NCBI GenBank assembly: GCA_042569365.1
Contig: JBHPHK010000003.1
Coordinates: 3,047 to 67,046 of the forward strand
Length of the DNA stretch: 64,000 nucleotides
Source of the DNA: Patescibacteria group bacterium
Lineage (GTDB): Bacteria; Patescibacteriota; JAUYIX01; JBHPHK01
Reading direction: 5' to 3'
The notes beneath the pieces are model-generated. The model saw only the letters and a list, made by a program, of their open reading frames with translations, was not told the DNA's origin and searched no databases. The translations under genes were made by a program, and so were the position numbers. Below are positions 53,145 to 61,429 of this stretch, in pieces (position 1 is the first letter of the stretch; every line of letters starts with the position of its first letter).

Positions 53145-53153
53145 ATTATAGCA
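53145..53153 (-). promoter_or_regulatory. Extended -10 element (minus strand TGcTATAAT) ending 8 nt before ATG 53136
   Basis: The minus strand reads ggtcTGcTATAATtgtgagtaATG. No SD. Confidence 0.5.
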
Positions 53154-53167
53154 GACCAAATCATCAT

Positions 53168-53208
53168 AAAGAAAAGAAACGAGCCCGGCGGTTAATGCCA
53201 CCGGGCTC
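53168..53208 (-). terminator. Intrinsic terminator for the 53336-53980 gene
   Basis: The minus strand reads GAGCCCGG-(12 nt)-CCGGGCTC followed by GTTTCTTTTCTTT. Confidence 0.7.
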
Positions 53209-53335
53209 TATTGCTAACGTGTACGAACTTGCCCATTGCAGGCTTGGAGGAGGATGTAAGCTTAGCAAGAGTAATGGGGAGAGAGAAGGGTTATCGCTCT
53301 TACTATTCTGTAGCTTACTTATATTATACAAAATA

Positions 53336-53980
53336 CTACTCAAAACAGCTAGACGGTTCTCGGCCCGTGCTTTCTGCCTCCTCTCTACTATCAAAATAGA
53401 CACGGTTTTCTTCTTTGATGCGATCTGCGAAAGAGCAATTCTCAACGGGATGATAGAGCTTACTGTTTTTACTGGCTACAAAACCTTTAGAGGATGAAGG
53501 ATTTATAGCAGACGCACATTCAGCATCTGTCGGTTCAGGAATGATTTGACTGGGCGTAAACAAAAAACGATAGACTAGCTTGTCAGACCGAAGCGCAAAC
53601 TTAAAGAGTCCATCCTCAAGCTCCACGGCATTCGCTTGAAAAGTATCGCTCTCAATATCTAGAACGCGTGAATCTGAATAATACAGCGCAGCTTCTCCTA
53701 GGAGTGTTCCGGATATTTCTTGAGAGTCCATATCATAATTTAAAACCACCTCTATCTCTTCAGGCACATCTTCTGCAAAGTTAGAGACAGTCTCAGGAGG
53801 CTTCAGGAAAAATAATATTAACAAAAGCGCAAATAAAACAATGATCAGAGCTCCCAGAGTCAGGCCCAGAAAAAACACGTTTTTGCGAGTGTACAAAAAT
53901 TCCGAGATACCATTCCCCTTTTTAGGTTTCTGATTTACCTTCAGGGACTTGCTAATTTTCCCAAAATATGTTTTCATCAT
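53336..53980 (-). CDS. Membrane-anchored hypothetical protein with a C-terminal sunset/Ada-metal-binding-like motif
   Basis: 214 aa. One TM helix. C-terminus SKLYHPVENCSFADRIKEENRVYFDSREEAESTGREPSSC resembles the YHxxxC...N..F.S..EA motif. Confidence 0.45.
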   Translation of the reverse strand: MMKTYFGKISKSLKVNQKPKKGNGISEFLYTRKNVFFLGLTLGALIIVLFALLLILFFLKPPETVSNFAEDVPEEIEVVLNYDMDSQEISGTLLGEAALYYSDSRVLDIESDTFQANAVELEDGLFKFALRSDKLVYRFLFTPSQIIPEPTDAECASAINPSSSKGFVASKNSKLYHPVENCSFADRIKEENRVYFDSREEAESTGREPSSCFE

Positions 53981-54016
53981 ATGATACTATTTAACCTGAT
54001 CACACATTAAATAATT

Positions 54017-55333
54017 ATGAAAAAGGCAACGCTAGCTTACGGATTCGTTTTTGGCCGTTCTCCCCTGCTTTCACTGGCAGAGTTGGAGAATTTTTTGGCG
54101 CGTGAAAATATGGACGTGGAATGGCTAGCGGCTAGCAAGCAGGGCGCTTTGGTTAGAAATATTGCTATGAACGATCCACAAGCTCTTCTAGACAAACTAG
54201 GAGGCTCTGTGCGCGTCGTAGAGGTGTTAGATCGGATATCACTACCCGATCTTAAGAATTTCAACATACCGCTCACAGAAGCGCTGCAGGCCGATATCAT
54301 GACTCGTGATTATCTCGGTGAAACTGACAAAAATAAGATCACTTTTGGTTTCTCAACATTCTATATGGACGAGACTCCTAAGAACCTGCAACGTGATGTG
54401 ACCGCTTTTTTGCGCCAGCGCGCTCGCAAGATCAAGCAGGATTTGAAGAGCCGCAAGCGTTCTAGTCGTTTCGTACAGACGGTCAAGATGGATGCCAGTC
54501 TTTCCAGTGTGCAGCTTAGAAAGCAAGGTATTTTTAATAAAAATGGTCTCGAGTGGTGTGTGTTTTTCTCTGGCGAACAGGCTTATATCGGTCGCACGAT
54601 CGCGGTCCAGGATTTTGAAAGCTACGGCAAACGCGACTATGAGCGTCCGTATCGAAATCCAAAAGTAGGAATGCTTCCTCCAAAGATTGCGCAGATGATG
54701 CTCAATATGACAGGCAAACCAGAGGGCGCGAAGATCCTCGATCCATACTGCGGTCTTGGAACAGTTATTCAGGAAGGATTAATGATGGGATATTCAGTGT
54801 CGGGCTCAGATATTGATGGCAAGCTAGTCGAGCAGTCCAAGGCTAATCTGGACTGGCTGAAAGAAAATTACGCGGATAAAGTTGTTACAGAATACGGCGT
54901 AGCTAAGGGCGATGCTCGTAAAGTCAGCGCCAAGCTCAAAAAAGAAAGCATCGATGCGATTGTAACCGAGTCCTTCCTTGGGCCGGCTTATTCTGTTCTC
55001 CCCTCTTCTGAAAACATCGACGATAATTTCAGGAAAATAAATCGCCTGCACGCACAGGTGTTGACCAGCATCCGGCAAGTCTTAAAAACAGATGGCGTGG
55101 TCGTGTTGATCCTTCCTTTCTACAGAAATCCCCGAAACCCGCAGGAAACAGCTGTTTTCCCCTATCTTGACAATATTTTAGAAGTTGGGTATAGTGTACG
55201 TCAGCCTATCAGTAAGGCACTTCAAGGGGTTTCAGGTATCACAATTCCTGAGCGCGGAACTTTGTTTTATGCACGTCCGCAGCAGATTGTGGGCCGCGAG
55301 ATCGTTATCTTGGAACGCAAGGAAAGAAACTAA
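54017..55333 (+). CDS. Putative SAM-dependent RNA methyltransferase (UPF0020/Trm11-like catalytic domain)
   Basis: 438 aa. ILDPYCGLGTVIQEG (motif I) and ..DAIVTESFLGP in place of the usual DPPY motif IV. Confidence 0.55.
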   Translation: MKKATLAYGFVFGRSPLLSLAELENFLARENMDVEWLAASKQGALVRNIAMNDPQALLDKLGGSVRVVEVLDRISLPDLKNFNIPLTEALQADIMTRDYLGETDKNKITFGFSTFYMDETPKNLQRDVTAFLRQRARKIKQDLKSRKRSSRFVQTVKMDASLSSVQLRKQGIFNKNGLEWCVFFSGEQAYIGRTIAVQDFESYGKRDYERPYRNPKVGMLPPKIAQMMLNMTGKPEGAKILDPYCGLGTVIQEGLMMGYSVSGSDIDGKLVEQSKANLDWLKENYADKVVTEYGVAKGDARKVSAKLKKESIDAIVTESFLGPAYSVLPSSENIDDNFRKINRLHAQVLTSIRQVLKTDGVVVLILPFYRNPRNPQETAVFPYLDNILEVGYSVRQPISKALQGVSGITIPERGTLFYARPQQIVGREIVILERKERN

Positions 55334-55348
55334 TCTATTTAAACACAT

Positions 55349-55633
55349 ATGTCACACGTTAAAGCTGGTGGTTCAACACAAAATATTAAGGATTCCCAAG
55401 GTCAGCGCCTAGGTGTCAAAGTTTACGGCGGCCAGAAAGTAAAGGCCGGCGGTATCATTGTACGTCAGCGCGGTACAAAGTTTCGTGCCGGTGAGAATGT
55501 CCGTATGGGTAAAGACGATACCCTTTGGGCGAAGACTGACGGGGTTGTAAAATTCTTCCGTAAAAAGGTAAAGAAATTTAACGGCAACCTGAAGACAGCT
55601 AAGTTTGTTACAGTCGAACCCGCTAAAAAATAA
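55349..55633 (+). CDS. rpmA: 50S ribosomal protein L27
   Basis: 94 aa. [46 protein letters not shown] is the canonical L27 sequence. Confidence 0.95.
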   Translation: MSHVKAGGSTQNIKDSQGQRLGVKVYGGQKVKAGGIIVRQRGTKFRAGENVRMGKDDTLWAKTDGVVKFFRKKVKKFNGNLKTAKFVTVEPAKK

Positions 55634-55645
55634 TTTAAATAAATG

Positions 55646-55672
55646 AAAACCGCCTGCAGGGGCGGTTTTTTA
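55646..55672 (+). terminator. Intrinsic terminator after rpmA
   Basis: AAAACCGCC-tgcagg-GGCGGTTTTTT. Confidence 0.8.
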
Positions 55673-55674
55673 GA

Positions 55675-55703
55675 TTGTCAGTTTAGTATTCTGGTGCTAG
55701 AAT
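55675..55703 (+). promoter_or_regulatory. Promoter for the membrane-protein gene at 55784
   Basis: TTGTCA-N17-TAGAAT with TGc upstream. Confidence 0.55.
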
Positions 55704-55783
55704 ATAATACTTCGATTATATCTATATTCGGAGCAAACTCTTTAAAAAAACTATCAGACATACGAATATAAGGAGGTATGTTT

Positions 55784-56107
55784 ATGATCCGGAGATCAGA
55801 AAAACTAAAAATGATCAGACTGTTTAAAGCTATTACCTTTTTAATAGCTACGGGCTCGATTGGAATTGTGATAGCTGCATGCATTTTTTCGGTGGCGATT
55901 ACCAGCAAAACATTAACGCTCCAAAATATGGTTATTCTTTATGGATCATCCATTTTGGTGTATTTATCAGTTGGTCTGGTGGCAATCGGCTGGGTTGTAA
56001 AATCATATATGGCACTTCTCCCATATGGTGATTTAGTCTTTGAGCAGGAATCAGAGAAATCGCCTGGCCATCCGATAAGTCAGGAAGCGCCCGAACCTTC
56101 TTGTTAA
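55784..56107 (+). CDS. Hypothetical 3-TM membrane protein
   Basis: AAGGAGG at 55770-55776 is only 1 nt from the track ATG 55778 but 7 nt from ATG 55784, so the second ATG is preferred. Confidence 0.45.
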   Translation: MIRRSEKLKMIRLFKAITFLIATGSIGIVIAACIFSVAITSKTLTLQNMVILYGSSILVYLSVGLVAIGWVVKSYMALLPYGDLVFEQESEKSPGHPISQEAPEPSC

Positions 56108-56124
56108 TTCCAGCATTTTTAATC

Positions 56125-56156
56125 AAGAGCGTACCATTACGGTGCGCTCTTTTCAT
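56125..56156 (+). terminator. Intrinsic terminator
   Basis: AAGAGCGTACC-attac-GGTGCGCTCTT followed by TTCATTTT. Confidence 0.65.
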
Positions 56157-56186
56157 TTTAAAAACTTAAATGAGCGTTTTTATGGA

Positions 56187-56215
56187 TTGACAAAAGCCCT
56201 CTTATCTGCTAAGGT
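56187..56215 (+). promoter_or_regulatory. Promoter for the SWEET-like gene
   Basis: TTGACA-N17-TAAGGT with TGc upstream. The 85-nt leader ends aaccaAAAAGGAGGtttacggccATG. Confidence 0.6.
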
Positions 56216-56299
56216 AAACCATCCTGCTTAGGATAGGATAAGTTCTTTAAAAACCCCGCAACAGTAACCCGCTCAAAACCAAAAAGGAGGTTTACGGCC

Positions 56300-56965
56300 A
56301 TGGAGTTTGCAGAATTTCAGAACTTCGGATGGAATACGCTCACGTTCAGTTTCCTGGCCACCATCCTCTTTGGTGTCTTGGGAGCTTTGGGGTTGGTGGA
56401 TCAGATCAAGAAAATCTGGAGAAATCGCTCAGGAGAATCGGCGTCTGTGACGTTTGCGATTATCTTCGTAGCTTTTTTTATCGCATCCTTCATCTACGGC
56501 ATTGACAAGCACAGCCTTGCTCTTATTTTACAGGGGAGCATTTTTCGAACCGTTTTCTTTCCGCCCATTTTATATGGTTTGTGGAGATTCAAGGGCTATA
56601 CTTTGTTTGAAAAAATAGTAGCCTTTCTGTGTTCGTCTGCGATTGTTTATATGCTTACTTTGGATGACTTGAAAATCAAAGGCTATATTTTCCTGGGACT
56701 GGGTTTACTTGGTGTTTTAGCAACACTCAAACAAGCTTGGGAAATATGGAAAACTAAAAGCTCCGGAGTTGTTTCAATCAAGCTCATGTTGATCATACAT
56801 GCCAGCTCCGATTTTTGGCTGATTTATGGGATAGCACTACGTGATCACATGATTAAGTACATGTCGCTCGGCTATTTCATTGCCAATACCCTGGTTATCG
56901 TGTTTTGGTTTAAATATCGGACAAAATCTCCGGTAGCTACCATACCAAACAACATTTCATTGTAA
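56300..56965 (+). CDS. 7-TM membrane protein with two PQ-loop/SemiSWEET-like repeats (SWEET-like 3+1+3 architecture)
   Basis: 221 aa. Repeat 1 is GLVDQIKKIWRNRSGESASVTFAIIFVAFFIASFIYGI. Repeat 2 is ATLKQAWEIWKTKSSGVVSIKLMLIIHASSDFWLIYGI. Seven hydrophobic segments. Confidence 0.5.
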   Translation: MEFAEFQNFGWNTLTFSFLATILFGVLGALGLVDQIKKIWRNRSGESASVTFAIIFVAFFIASFIYGIDKHSLALILQGSIFRTVFFPPILYGLWRFKGYTLFEKIVAFLCSSAIVYMLTLDDLKIKGYIFLGLGLLGVLATLKQAWEIWKTKSSGVVSIKLMLIIHASSDFWLIYGIALRDHMIKYMSLGYFIANTLVIVFWFKYRTKSPVATIPNNISL

Positions 56966-56998
56966 AAAACCGCACTCTCTCATGGGCGCGGTTTTTTC
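56966..56998. terminator. Bidirectional terminator between convergent genes
   Basis: AAAAAACCGCAC-tctctcat-GGGCGCGGTTTTTT. Confidence 0.7.
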
Positions 56999-57010
56999 AT
57001 ACCTTCAAAA

Positions 57011-58213
57011 CTATTTCAAAAGTTCGATTGCTTTAGCGAGCTGCGGATCGCGGCCGGCATTGTAGTCTTCTTCAGTTAGAATGACTTCTACATCTGGCAC
57101 GACACCTTTCTTATCAATAAGCTCTCCACCAGGCGTCAGCCATTGGGCTACCGTATATCGCAGGAGAGATCCGCTATTGCCAACAGATTGGATATTCTGG
57201 ACAGAGCCCTTGCCAAATGTTGTGACACCCACTAATGCTTTCGAACGATTATTGTCGCGCAAGGCGCCCGCCAAAATCTCAGCAGCTGAGGCGCTGCCCT
57301 CATCGATTAAGACCACGACTGGAATGTCATGGAGAGAGTTGTTTCCGTTGGAGCGGTATTCTTTCTGTTCGCCTGTACCAAAACGTTGAGTAGTCACCAG
57401 GCTGTTTTCCGGCAAGAACGCCGAGGCTACGTCCACGGATGCATCCAAGAATCCTCCTGGATTGCCGCGCAAGTCTAGGACTAGTTTCTGCATACCCGCT
57501 TTCTCAAGATCGCGCACGGCTTTATTGAAATCACCGGGCGTGTCTTCTCCAAAACGAGTCAGATTGATAACAGCTATGCCATCATCAAGCATTTCAGTTT
57601 GGACGCTGTCCACCTCGATCTTGGTCCGCTCAATCTCGATACTCACCGCTTCTTCTGAGGCAGTGTGCATCACAGTTAGTTTAACAACAGTCCCCTTCTT
57701 TCCGCGAATCAGATCAACTGCGTCATAGACCGACATGCCGGCAGTAGAGGTATCATCAATTCCTAAAATAATATCTCCGGTGCGGATGCCCGCTTTCTCA
57801 GCTGGCGAGTCTGGCAGCGGCGAAATAACAGTCAAAACATCATCGCGGATGCCAATCTCGATGCCGACCCCTTCGAACTCTCCGTCCAGTTCAGATTCAA
57901 ATAAACTTGCCTCTTCAGGTGTAAAAAAGCTGGAGTTCAGGTCTCCCAGGGACGCTACAAGGCCTTTAATTGCTCCGTAGAGCGCGTCTGAGGCGCCAAT
58001 AGGTTGATCTATGTACTCTTTATCCAAAACGTCGTAAACCTCCCAGAAAAGGTTGAAATCTGTGTCAGTGCTCGTGCGCCTGATCAAAGGCTGGCCGGTT
58101 TCTTGTGCTATCGAATAGCGGGACCATAGGTAGCCGCCGGTAAACGATATGATAACGATGATAATTACAAAATAGACTGATTTTGCATTCTTCCACTTCA
58201 GATTCGGGGACAT
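57011..58213 (-). CDS. S41 family C-terminal processing peptidase (CtpA/Prc-like) with a PDZ domain
   Basis: 400 aa. N-terminal TM helix, PDZ (SPAEKAGIRTGDIILGID), catalytic region LDLRGNPGG...DEGSASAAEILAGAL...FGKGSVQ. Confidence 0.85.
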   Translation of the reverse strand: MSPNLKWKNAKSVYFVIIIVIISFTGGYLWSRYSIAQETGQPLIRRTSTDTDFNLFWEVYDVLDKEYIDQPIGASDALYGAIKGLVASLGDLNSSFFTPEEASLFESELDGEFEGVGIEIGIRDDVLTVISPLPDSPAEKAGIRTGDIILGIDDTSTAGMSVYDAVDLIRGKKGTVVKLTVMHTASEEAVSIEIERTKIEVDSVQTEMLDDGIAVINLTRFGEDTPGDFNKAVRDLEKAGMQKLVLDLRGNPGGFLDASVDVASAFLPENSLVTTQRFGTGEQKEYRSNGNNSLHDIPVVVLIDEGSASAAEILAGALRDNNRSKALVGVTTFGKGSVQNIQSVGNSGSLLRYTVAQWLTPGGELIDKKGVVPDVEVILTEEDYNAGRDPQLAKAIELLK

Positions 58214-58220
58214 ATTTTAT

Positions 58221-60158
58221 TTAAGGATTAACTGTAAGATTAAAGTTGCGACGCAAGATAGAATCCATTATAAAATGAGATCCGGACCATTCGCCGTCTG
58301 AGTTTGTGCTGCCAAGTGCTTTGCCTTTTTCAGGCAGCTCAATATTTAAAGATATGCCGGCTTCGGGCAGACCTAATTGCTTCTCCCATAATAATTGATA
58401 GTTACCAGCTTGATAAGTCTGTGCCACAAACGGTGGAAGCAAATAGTTGATGGAGACTGTTTTCGATTTGTTACGGGCGACATTTACAAATCCGCCAACG
58501 ATCGTGTGGTATTCGCCATACTCGACAGTCGGCTCTGAGTCAAAATTAGTGGCTACCACCTTTTGAATATCGCGCGGAAGATAGACTCGCAGGTAGGTAT
58601 GATAGTCCGAAATAAATAAAGGATTACCGCCCGGGTTGGTATAAGTAATTTCTAGCTCAGAGAATAAATCGTCTGTAGCTGTCACGGTTACGCTATAGTC
58701 ATAGTCGCGCTTTAAGACGGAGTCAGTTTTATAGGCGGCGAGGTTGGCGTCCACTATCTGGATGAAATCTTGGTTGACACCGATCTCTAGTTTACCGGCC
58801 CATCCCAAGTCTTCAGTGCTGTACTGTAGTGCGGGGTTGCCTGGGAAGGCAAATAAGAAATGACCCTCTTCGATCGCAGAGCTAAAGGCTTGTGCAAGGG
58901 TTAGGTAGTTTTCGGGCTTGACTGATAAGATTCGTTCGAGAATAAGCTGGTAAAGCTCGTTGATGATTGCTTTGCGATCCTCTTTAAGAATGCCGTGTTT
59001 TTCATAATCGATCTCTACGAACTGCTCGATTGCCATTGTGATATTGCTTGCAGTGAGGGTTCCGATTGGTTCTAAGGTAACAGAACCAATCACCTCCATT
59101 AACTTCTCTACAAAAGTTGGCGTAAACGACATCATTCCCTGATAAGGCAACGCATCCTCATCAAGAGCCTGCTGATAAAGAGACATAGCAAGTGCTGCTG
59201 TCACCGGAAAGTCAGGATTCCAGCTGATATCACGCAGGTGCCACTGCGGGTCGCCGAAAGCATCAGCGATAGGCTGCGGTGCGGGAGGCGTGCTCTCTAT
59301 TCTGGCATCTACATTGAAAACGTCTTCCGATACAAATTTCTTCAAGTGACCGCCCTCGATAGTCAGGTTGCCAATATTGCCGATGAAGCCGCCAGTCGGC
59401 CGCAGTTCATAATTATTTTGGATAAGTACAAGGTACTGGAGGGGCACTTCAACTTCTCCATAGAAGGCCGGGCTCAGTTGCCCCAGGCCCGCTAAGAGCT
59501 TCATGAGCGGAACGAGCTTGTCGAATTGTTCTAGGACAGTATCGCGGGCGTCTGCCACGAAATCCATAGGCTCGCGGTAGCGGATTGTGTCGATTTGCTT
59601 CTCAATTGCCTCTAACTTATTATAGACTTCCTCTAACTCATCTTTATTATCAAAAAGAATCTTAAGAGCTGCATCTTGTTGAAGATCTGTGGAGTTAGAA
59701 TTTAAAATAGGCGCTCCCAGGTCGATGAATCTCTTGGCGATGACCAGAAGTCTGCTTCCCTGCTCTGTTAAGATGTTGGCATTATCAAAAGTATTACCCA
59801 GACCAGGGATGGCACCGATCCAGCTGATTAATCCCAGTCCTTGCTGGGTTTTTAGGAGATCGACCTCAACTTCAGTTAGCTGTGTTTGGAGAGCATTGAT
59901 GTTGTCCAGATTTTCGATATCTGATCCCAGGGTTGAGAGTTTAGCTTGCGCGCCGGAAAGGCCGTTGTAGATAAAAAGACCGCTGATGCCGAGATAGCCC
60001 AGGAAAATCAGAATTACCAGCAATATACCGCCAAAAATCCACCATTTACGTCCACGAGACTTTTCTTGGTAAGAAAAATCATTGGAATAGTTATATCCCA
60101 CTCCGTTTTGCGGTTGGTTTTCAGTATTATAATAATTAGGTGTTTCTAGGGTATCCAC
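58221..60158 (-). CDS. DUF4012 domain membrane protein (second paralog)
   Basis: 645 aa. One TM helix and the signature IQNNYELRPTGGFIGNIG. Confidence 0.75.
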   Translation of the reverse strand: MDTLETPNYYNTENQPQNGVGYNYSNDFSYQEKSRGRKWWIFGGILLVILIFLGYLGISGLFIYNGLSGAQAKLSTLGSDIENLDNINALQTQLTEVEVDLLKTQQGLGLISWIGAIPGLGNTFDNANILTEQGSRLLVIAKRFIDLGAPILNSNSTDLQQDAALKILFDNKDELEEVYNKLEAIEKQIDTIRYREPMDFVADARDTVLEQFDKLVPLMKLLAGLGQLSPAFYGEVEVPLQYLVLIQNNYELRPTGGFIGNIGNLTIEGGHLKKFVSEDVFNVDARIESTPPAPQPIADAFGDPQWHLRDISWNPDFPVTAALAMSLYQQALDEDALPYQGMMSFTPTFVEKLMEVIGSVTLEPIGTLTASNITMAIEQFVEIDYEKHGILKEDRKAIINELYQLILERILSVKPENYLTLAQAFSSAIEEGHFLFAFPGNPALQYSTEDLGWAGKLEIGVNQDFIQIVDANLAAYKTDSVLKRDYDYSVTVTATDDLFSELEITYTNPGGNPLFISDYHTYLRVYLPRDIQKVVATNFDSEPTVEYGEYHTIVGGFVNVARNKSKTVSINYLLPPFVAQTYQAGNYQLLWEKQLGLPEAGISLNIELPEKGKALGSTNSDGEWSGSHFIMDSILRRNFNLTVNP

Positions 60159-60210
60159 AAAACATATTATAACCTATTTTTCCAGACTTTATTAGGGAAT
60201 AATCAACAAA

Positions 60211-60258
60211 TAAAAAACAGCATCGATGAGGATTAGAACCTACAATGAATGCTGTTTT
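60211..60258 (-). terminator. Candidate terminator for the 60292-60537 gene
   Basis: The minus strand reads AACAGCAT-(25 nt)-ATGCTGTT followed by TTTTTATTTG. The loop is large. Confidence 0.4.
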
Positions 60259-60291
60259 GGTGTTTTTGAGAGTTTTGCTTAGCTGAACAAG

Positions 60292-60537
60292 TCAGCAGTT
60301 CACATAGAAGAGTACAATGAGTAAGATGATCACAAGTGACCAGCCAATAACCGGAGGGCCTATTGGATGACGAAGATGGTCATCGTATTTGGGAACTCCG
60401 GGCTCTTTGGGCTCTTCAGAACGCGGCCTTAAGGGTTCATTGGGATTTTTCCCGCAGTGGCAGCAGACCAGTGTTTGCTCTTCTGTTTCCGACATTTTGA
60501 TCATTTTTTTGCAGTGCGGACAGAAAAAAGAAATCAT
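60292..60537 (-). CDS. Small zinc-ribbon protein with a C-terminal TM helix
   Basis: 81 aa. CPHC...CCHCG, then a Pro-rich linker, then WSLVIILLIVLFYV. Confidence 0.4.
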   Translation of the reverse strand: MISFFCPHCKKMIKMSETEEQTLVCCHCGKNPNEPLRPRSEEPKEPGVPKYDDHLRHPIGPPVIGWSLVIILLIVLFYVNC

Positions 60538-60627
60538 CGTGTGCCTCCCTTGGAAAGGATGATTGGTTTTAAAAGAACTGGGAAGTATAGCTTAAAAAAA
60601 TGCATCTGTCAATGCATTTTTATTATA

Positions 60628-61425
60628 TTAATAATCGTTGCGTACTTTACGCGACGGACTTCCTAGATATTTCATGAAGTACTTCCCACCGCTTTTGAGG
60701 TGGATCCAGGCCAGTTTGCGGTTCTTGCGGCTTTCGCGGCGGTGATGGTGTGCCACAGTTACGTGCGGATAGTAGTGTACTCGCCAGCCAGCGCGCCAGA
60801 AACGGCGGCACCAGTCCATATCTTCCATATACATAAAATAGCGTTCATCCATTTCACCGACCTGTTCAATGGCGCGGCGGCGAACCAGAATACAGCCTCC
60901 CACGACCCAGTCAACGTTTTGGGATTGGTCAAGATCTTGATCTTTCATTAGAAAACGATTGACGCGTTTTTGGCCCAAGCCCGTTTTACCAAGCGGGGTT
61001 CTCTGCAGAACCACATCTAGAGGTCGCTGGAATCGTCTTGCAGAATCCTGAGGCGTGCCGTCAGGATGCACCAAGCGCGGCGCAATCAAGGCGATGTCAT
61101 TATTCTCTGGGCGTTCCAGCTCTTCAATAAGCTTGTGTAAGACGCCTGAATTGATGACGATGTCGGGGTTTATGAAAAGAAGATTATCATTTTTTGCATT
61201 GGTAATACCCATATTAACGCCGCGACCAAAGCCGGCATTGATTGGCGACGCAACGAGTTTGATCTGCGAGAACTCCTTCTTAAGCATGGCGACAGAATCG
61301 TCGGGCGAATTATTATCAACCACAATAATATCATCCACTTCTGGATGTGTTTTTGCGATAGACTCTAAGCACTGTCTAAGTAAATCGCGAGTATTATAAT
61401 TAATGATAACGATTGAGATGTTCAT
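60628..61425 (-). CDS. Glycosyltransferase family 2
   Basis: 265 aa. ISIVIINYNTRDLL..VVDNNSPDDS..NAGFGRGVN..FMYMEDMDWC. Confidence 0.8.
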   Translation of the reverse strand: MNISIVIINYNTRDLLRQCLESIAKTHPEVDDIIVVDNNSPDDSVAMLKKEFSQIKLVASPINAGFGRGVNMGITNAKNDNLLFINPDIVINSGVLHKLIEELERPENNDIALIAPRLVHPDGTPQDSARRFQRPLDVVLQRTPLGKTGLGQKRVNRFLMKDQDLDQSQNVDWVVGGCILVRRRAIEQVGEMDERYFMYMEDMDWCRRFWRAGWRVHYYPHVTVAHHHRRESRKNRKLAWIHLKSGGKYFMKYLGSPSRKVRNDY

Positions 61426-61429
61426 AGTA

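Noticed and set aside
53051-53497. 148-aa plus-strand ORF across the nucleotidyltransferase start, the intergenic terminator and the 3' end of the 53336 gene.
   Set aside because: It is antisense to two supported minus-strand genes and crosses a terminator. It has no start signals.
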